This document shows positions 61,156-64,000 of a DNA stretch of 64,000 nt, piece after piece. The first letter of the stretch is position 1. Every line of letters starts with the position of its first letter. A model generated the notes under the pieces. It was not told the origin of the DNA and ran no database searches. It was given only the letters and a program-made list of their open reading frames with translations. A program made the position numbers and the translations under genes. The stretch is from an uncultured Planctomycetaceae bacterium (GTDB lineage Bacteria > Planctomycetota > Phycisphaerae > SM23-33). The stretch is from assembly GCA_964531695.1 (NCBI GenBank), contig CAZHEH010000013.1, positions 6,000-69,999 of the forward strand, given 5' to 3'.

Positions 61156-62265
61156 TCAGCATATCTCCTTCAGGGCCGACTCAAGAGCACGCCGAATGTG
61201 CCGCGCCGTCCGGCGGTAGACGTTCGGGCCGCCCCCGATCGGGTCGGGAACGTCCCCGACTCCGTCGAGGCGGCGGATCCGGTCGTCCGTAGCGGGGTCG
61301 ATCCGGGCCGCCTCGGCCACATGCACATCGGTCATGCAGAATACCAAATCCGCCCAGTGAATCAAGTCCCGGTCGGCCGGACGGCTGCTGTGTCGGCTGA
61401 TGTCCGCGCCCCACTCCTCCGCCGCCGCCACCGCCTCCGGCGTCGCATGGGCGCCCCGCCCGGCGAACAGCCCGGCCGAGCGGACCTCGATGCCCAACCC
61501 CCGCAGCTCTCCGACTCGGCAGCCGAGGCGATCGGCCAGCAGCTTCTTGGCCATGCCCGCGGCCATCGGGCTCCGGCACGTGTTGCCCGTGCACACGAAC
61601 AGCAGCCGCCAGCGGAGCAGCCGCCGCACGTGCCGCGCGTCGTAAACGCCCTTGCGAAGGACCGTCAACTCCCCGCCGGCCAGGCGGGCGATCGTGCTGT
61701 CCTGTCCGTACTGCGTCGGGCCGGAGTCGATCAGCAGCGGCACGTCGCCGTCGAGTGCCTGGAGAACGTCGGCGGCGCTACGCGGCGAGGGGCCGCCCTG
61801 CCGGTTCGCGCTCGTCGCGACGACCGGCCCCTCCACGGCCGCCAGCATCCGCGCCGCCGTCGGCTCGGACGGGCAGCGAAGCGCGATCCAATCCCCCGAG
61901 ACCAATTCGCCACGGAGATCTTCGTCGCCGAGCGCCGCGTCGGGCAGCGGATCCGGAGCCGGCAGGACGAGGGTCAGCGGGCCGGGCCACGCGCGGGACA
62001 TGAGCCGCCGCGCCCACACGTCCGGCTCGACGTACCGCTCCGCCGCCTCGGGCCCGCCGATGTGAACGCTGAAGGGGCGCTTCGGGCGGTCCTTCAGGTC
62101 GCGCAGCCGCCGCATGGCCGAACGGTCGCTCGCCAGCGCGCCCACGCCGTAGACCGTCTCGGTGGGAAACGCCACGAGCCGGCCCTCGCGCAGGGCCTTT
62201 GCGCCTTCCTTGGCGGCCGTCGCGGCCGTGCTTCGCGTCCGTGTGTTCAAGACCTGTGTGGACAT
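61156..62265 (-). CDS. Fusion protein: L-threonylcarbamoyladenylate synthase (TsaC/YrdC/Sua5 domain) plus low-molecular-weight protein (Tyr/Arg) phosphatase
   Basis: N-terminal VAFPTETVYGVGA...SANRQGG (YrdC fold); C-terminal LFVCTGNTCRSPMA (LMW-PTP CX5R P-loop) and DPIGGG; start moved to MSTQVLNT. Confidence 0.8.
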   Translation of the reverse strand: MSTQVLNTRTRSTAATAAKEGAKALREGRLVAFPTETVYGVGALASDRSAMRRLRDLKDRPKRPFSVHIGGPEAAERYVEPDVWARRLMSRAWPGPLTLVLPAPDPLPDAALGDEDLRGELVSGDWIALRCPSEPTAARMLAAVEGPVVATSANRQGGPSPRSAADVLQALDGDVPLLIDSGPTQYGQDSTIARLAGGELTVLRKGVYDARHVRRLLRWRLLFVCTGNTCRSPMAAGMAKKLLADRLGCRVGELRGLGIEVRSAGLFAGRGAHATPEAVAAAEEWGADISRHSSRPADRDLIHWADLVFCMTDVHVAEAARIDPATDDRIRRLDGVGDVPDPIGGGPNVYRRTARHIRRALESALKEIC

Positions 62266-62314
62266 CTGCTGCTCACTCGCGCCATTATCACCCTCGGCGG
62301 GCGCGGGGGCAAGC

Positions 62315-63928
62315 TCAGCGGTCGGCCAGCAGCTTGGCCGCCTTCCCCGCCAAGGGTGATTCGGGATACTCCCGCACGATCCGGCGGAGGATCTCATCGA
62401 CACGCTCGGACTCGCCCAGTTCGTGCCGCGCCTCGGCCGCGAGCTTGAGCAGCTCCGGCGCGTGGGTCGAGCCGGGGTTGGCGTTGACGAGCTTCACGGC
62501 ATGGTACGCCGCATCGGCCTGCCGCTTCCGCGCGGTCAGCAGGCGGACGCGCATCAGCGTCAGGTAGCCCCCCAGCCGGTCGGCGGGCAAGGTGTCGGCC
62601 CAATGCTCGAGCTTCTCCTCGGCCGCCGCGAACTCACCCTCCCGTATCCAGGCCTCGATCTGGCGTGCGAAGCTGCCGCGGGCGACCAGCGCCGACCTGC
62701 CGCCCAGCCGGCCCCGGCCCGCCTCCGCGTAGGCGGCGGCCGACTTGTCCCCTTCGCCGCGGGCCAAGTGCACGTCGCCCAGGCCGATCCGCGCCTGCCG
62801 GATCGGCGGCGCCGTCGTGACGTGGGCATACTCCTCCAGGACGCGCCGGAACCGCCGCTCCGCCCCGTCCGGCTCGCGGAGGTCGTCCAGCATCACGCGC
62901 CCGGCCCACACCAGCAACTCCGCCGCCACGGCCGGGTTGGTGAGTCGGCCGGCCGCCCGCTCCAGCACGGCCACGGCCTCTTCCGGGCGGCCCGCCTCGC
63001 GAAGGGCCTCGGCCAGTCGGTCCATCGCCGCGCGGGCCGACTCGCCGTCGATCCGCTCCCGTGCGACCAGCGCCGCACCCGCGCGGATCACCCCGGCGTC
63101 GTTCCCGACGCTGTCCAGCAGCAAGACCGCCTCAGCCAACGCCGCATCGGGCAGCGTGGCGAAGTCGTATTCCGCAACGAGTTCGGCATACCGCTTCGCC
63201 GGTTCGGTCTCGTCCCGCGCCTGGAGCCGCCACGGCCGCGAAACCCAGATCCGGTTCGTCCTCTCCAGCGTCTTCGCGCCGAGCTTGCCCCGTAGCGTCA
63301 CGGTGTACATGCCCTCGGTCAGGTACACGTGCCGGACCTCGGCCCCGGTGGCCGTCTGCCCGTCGCCGAAGTCCCACGTCCACTCGACCTCTCGCGGCAG
63401 CCGGCCGTACGGCCGCGCACGGAACGTGTACCGCTGGCAGTACCGTTCGTCCACCTGCGCCTCGCCCCCATGTTCGTACCGAAAGTCCGCGCCGTACGCC
63501 TCGCCGCGGTCGGACATCGGCCCGGGGCGGGCCCGCGTGACGCTCGTGAACGCGGCCGGGGGAATCACGGTGACGCGCTTCTGCCCCGGCGGCTTCCACG
63601 CCGCCACGATGACCGGGTGACCCTTGCCCGAGATGTGCAGCACCGTGAGCTTGTGCAGCCCGCGGCGGAGCGTCACCTTGCCCTTGACCCGGATGTCCCG
63701 TTGCGGTGGGTGCCATCCGCCGTTGTCCACCACCAGCTCTTCGTCGATCAGCAGAAACGACGCGTTCATGCTGGACAGCACGAAGACGTACTCCCCGTCG
63801 GCCGGGCACTTGAGGTAGCCCGTGTACCGCCTCGCCACGCGCCGGTCCGGCCCGAACAGCGTGTGCCCGTGAAATACGCGGTCGACGAAGTCCGCCCCGA
63901 CGTACCGCGTGACGCGCTCGTTGAGCAC
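62315..63928 (-). CDS. PA14-like domain plus PKD-like plus TPR-repeat protein (possibly N-terminally incomplete in this ORF call)
   Basis: N-terminal RRYTGYLKCPADGEYVF (PA14-like), WDFGDGQT (PKD-like) and C-terminal Ala-rich TPR-like helices; the gene may start further upstream. Confidence 0.55.
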   Translation of the reverse strand: MLNERVTRYVGADFVDRVFHGHTLFGPDRRVARRYTGYLKCPADGEYVFVLSSMNASFLLIDEELVVDNGGWHPPQRDIRVKGKVTLRRGLHKLTVLHISGKGHPVIVAAWKPPGQKRVTVIPPAAFTSVTRARPGPMSDRGEAYGADFRYEHGGEAQVDERYCQRYTFRARPYGRLPREVEWTWDFGDGQTATGAEVRHVYLTEGMYTVTLRGKLGAKTLERTNRIWVSRPWRLQARDETEPAKRYAELVAEYDFATLPDAALAEAVLLLDSVGNDAGVIRAGAALVARERIDGESARAAMDRLAEALREAGRPEEAVAVLERAAGRLTNPAVAAELLVWAGRVMLDDLREPDGAERRFRRVLEEYAHVTTAPPIRQARIGLGDVHLARGEGDKSAAAYAEAGRGRLGGRSALVARGSFARQIEAWIREGEFAAAEEKLEHWADTLPADRLGGYLTLMRVRLLTARKRQADAAYHAVKLVNANPGSTHAPELLKLAAEARHELGESERVDEILRRIVREYPESPLAGKAAKLLADR

Positions 63929-64000
63929 CTTCCGGGCCTCGGCGAGGTTGCCGATGCCTCCGCCGGGGTACAGCCACGTCTGGAGCAGCAGGCCGCGGCG

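Overview
This is a high-GC (~65-70%) bacterial chromosomal window. Its gene content (two tandem DUF1559-like H-X9-DG proteins, a PEP-CTERM protein, many GT-C/ArnT-like glycosyltransferases) is most consistent with Planctomycetota, possibly Phycisphaerae-like; that placement is an inference. I call about 55 protein genes, one tRNA-Gln(CTG), two copies of a palindromic repeat element, and no CRISPR array, transposase or integrase. The calls fall into three groups:

- **Housekeeping genes:** uvrB, recG, recO, rarA, holB, tmk, secA, sufC/sufD, pyrE, hisI, tadA, rpiB, trkH/trkA, galK, rfbF/rfbG.
- **Main candidate for a new system (5.4-14.9 kb):** a compact cell-envelope glycoconjugate modification locus. 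It has two ArnT-like GT-C glycosyltransferases, a GT2 polyprenyl-phosphate sugar synthase with a LAB_N partner, a GT87/DUF2029 membrane glycosyltransferase and an EEP-family phosphoesterase. Three paralogous membrane-anchored CX5R (PTP/DUSP-like) phosphatases sit in it, one translationally coupled to an ArnT-like gene. These are plausibly lipid phosphatases rather than protein phosphatases.
- **Other points of interest:**
  - lower-GC putatively acquired segments at 22.6-24.5 kb, 32.4-33.0 kb and 37.3-38.0 kb;
  - a beta-class DNA methyltransferase with a convergent partial ORF at the window start;
  - recently homogenised tandem DUF1559-like paralogs with atypical multi-TM N-termini;
  - a SEC-C motif mini-protein duplicated from the secA tail;
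  - a TsaC/Sua5-LMW-PTP fusion next to rpiB.

The ORF-track coordinates were treated as authoritative, because the printed sequence appears offset by one base from the track at a few line junctions. Many long ORFs in the track are antisense artefacts of high GC and were not called.
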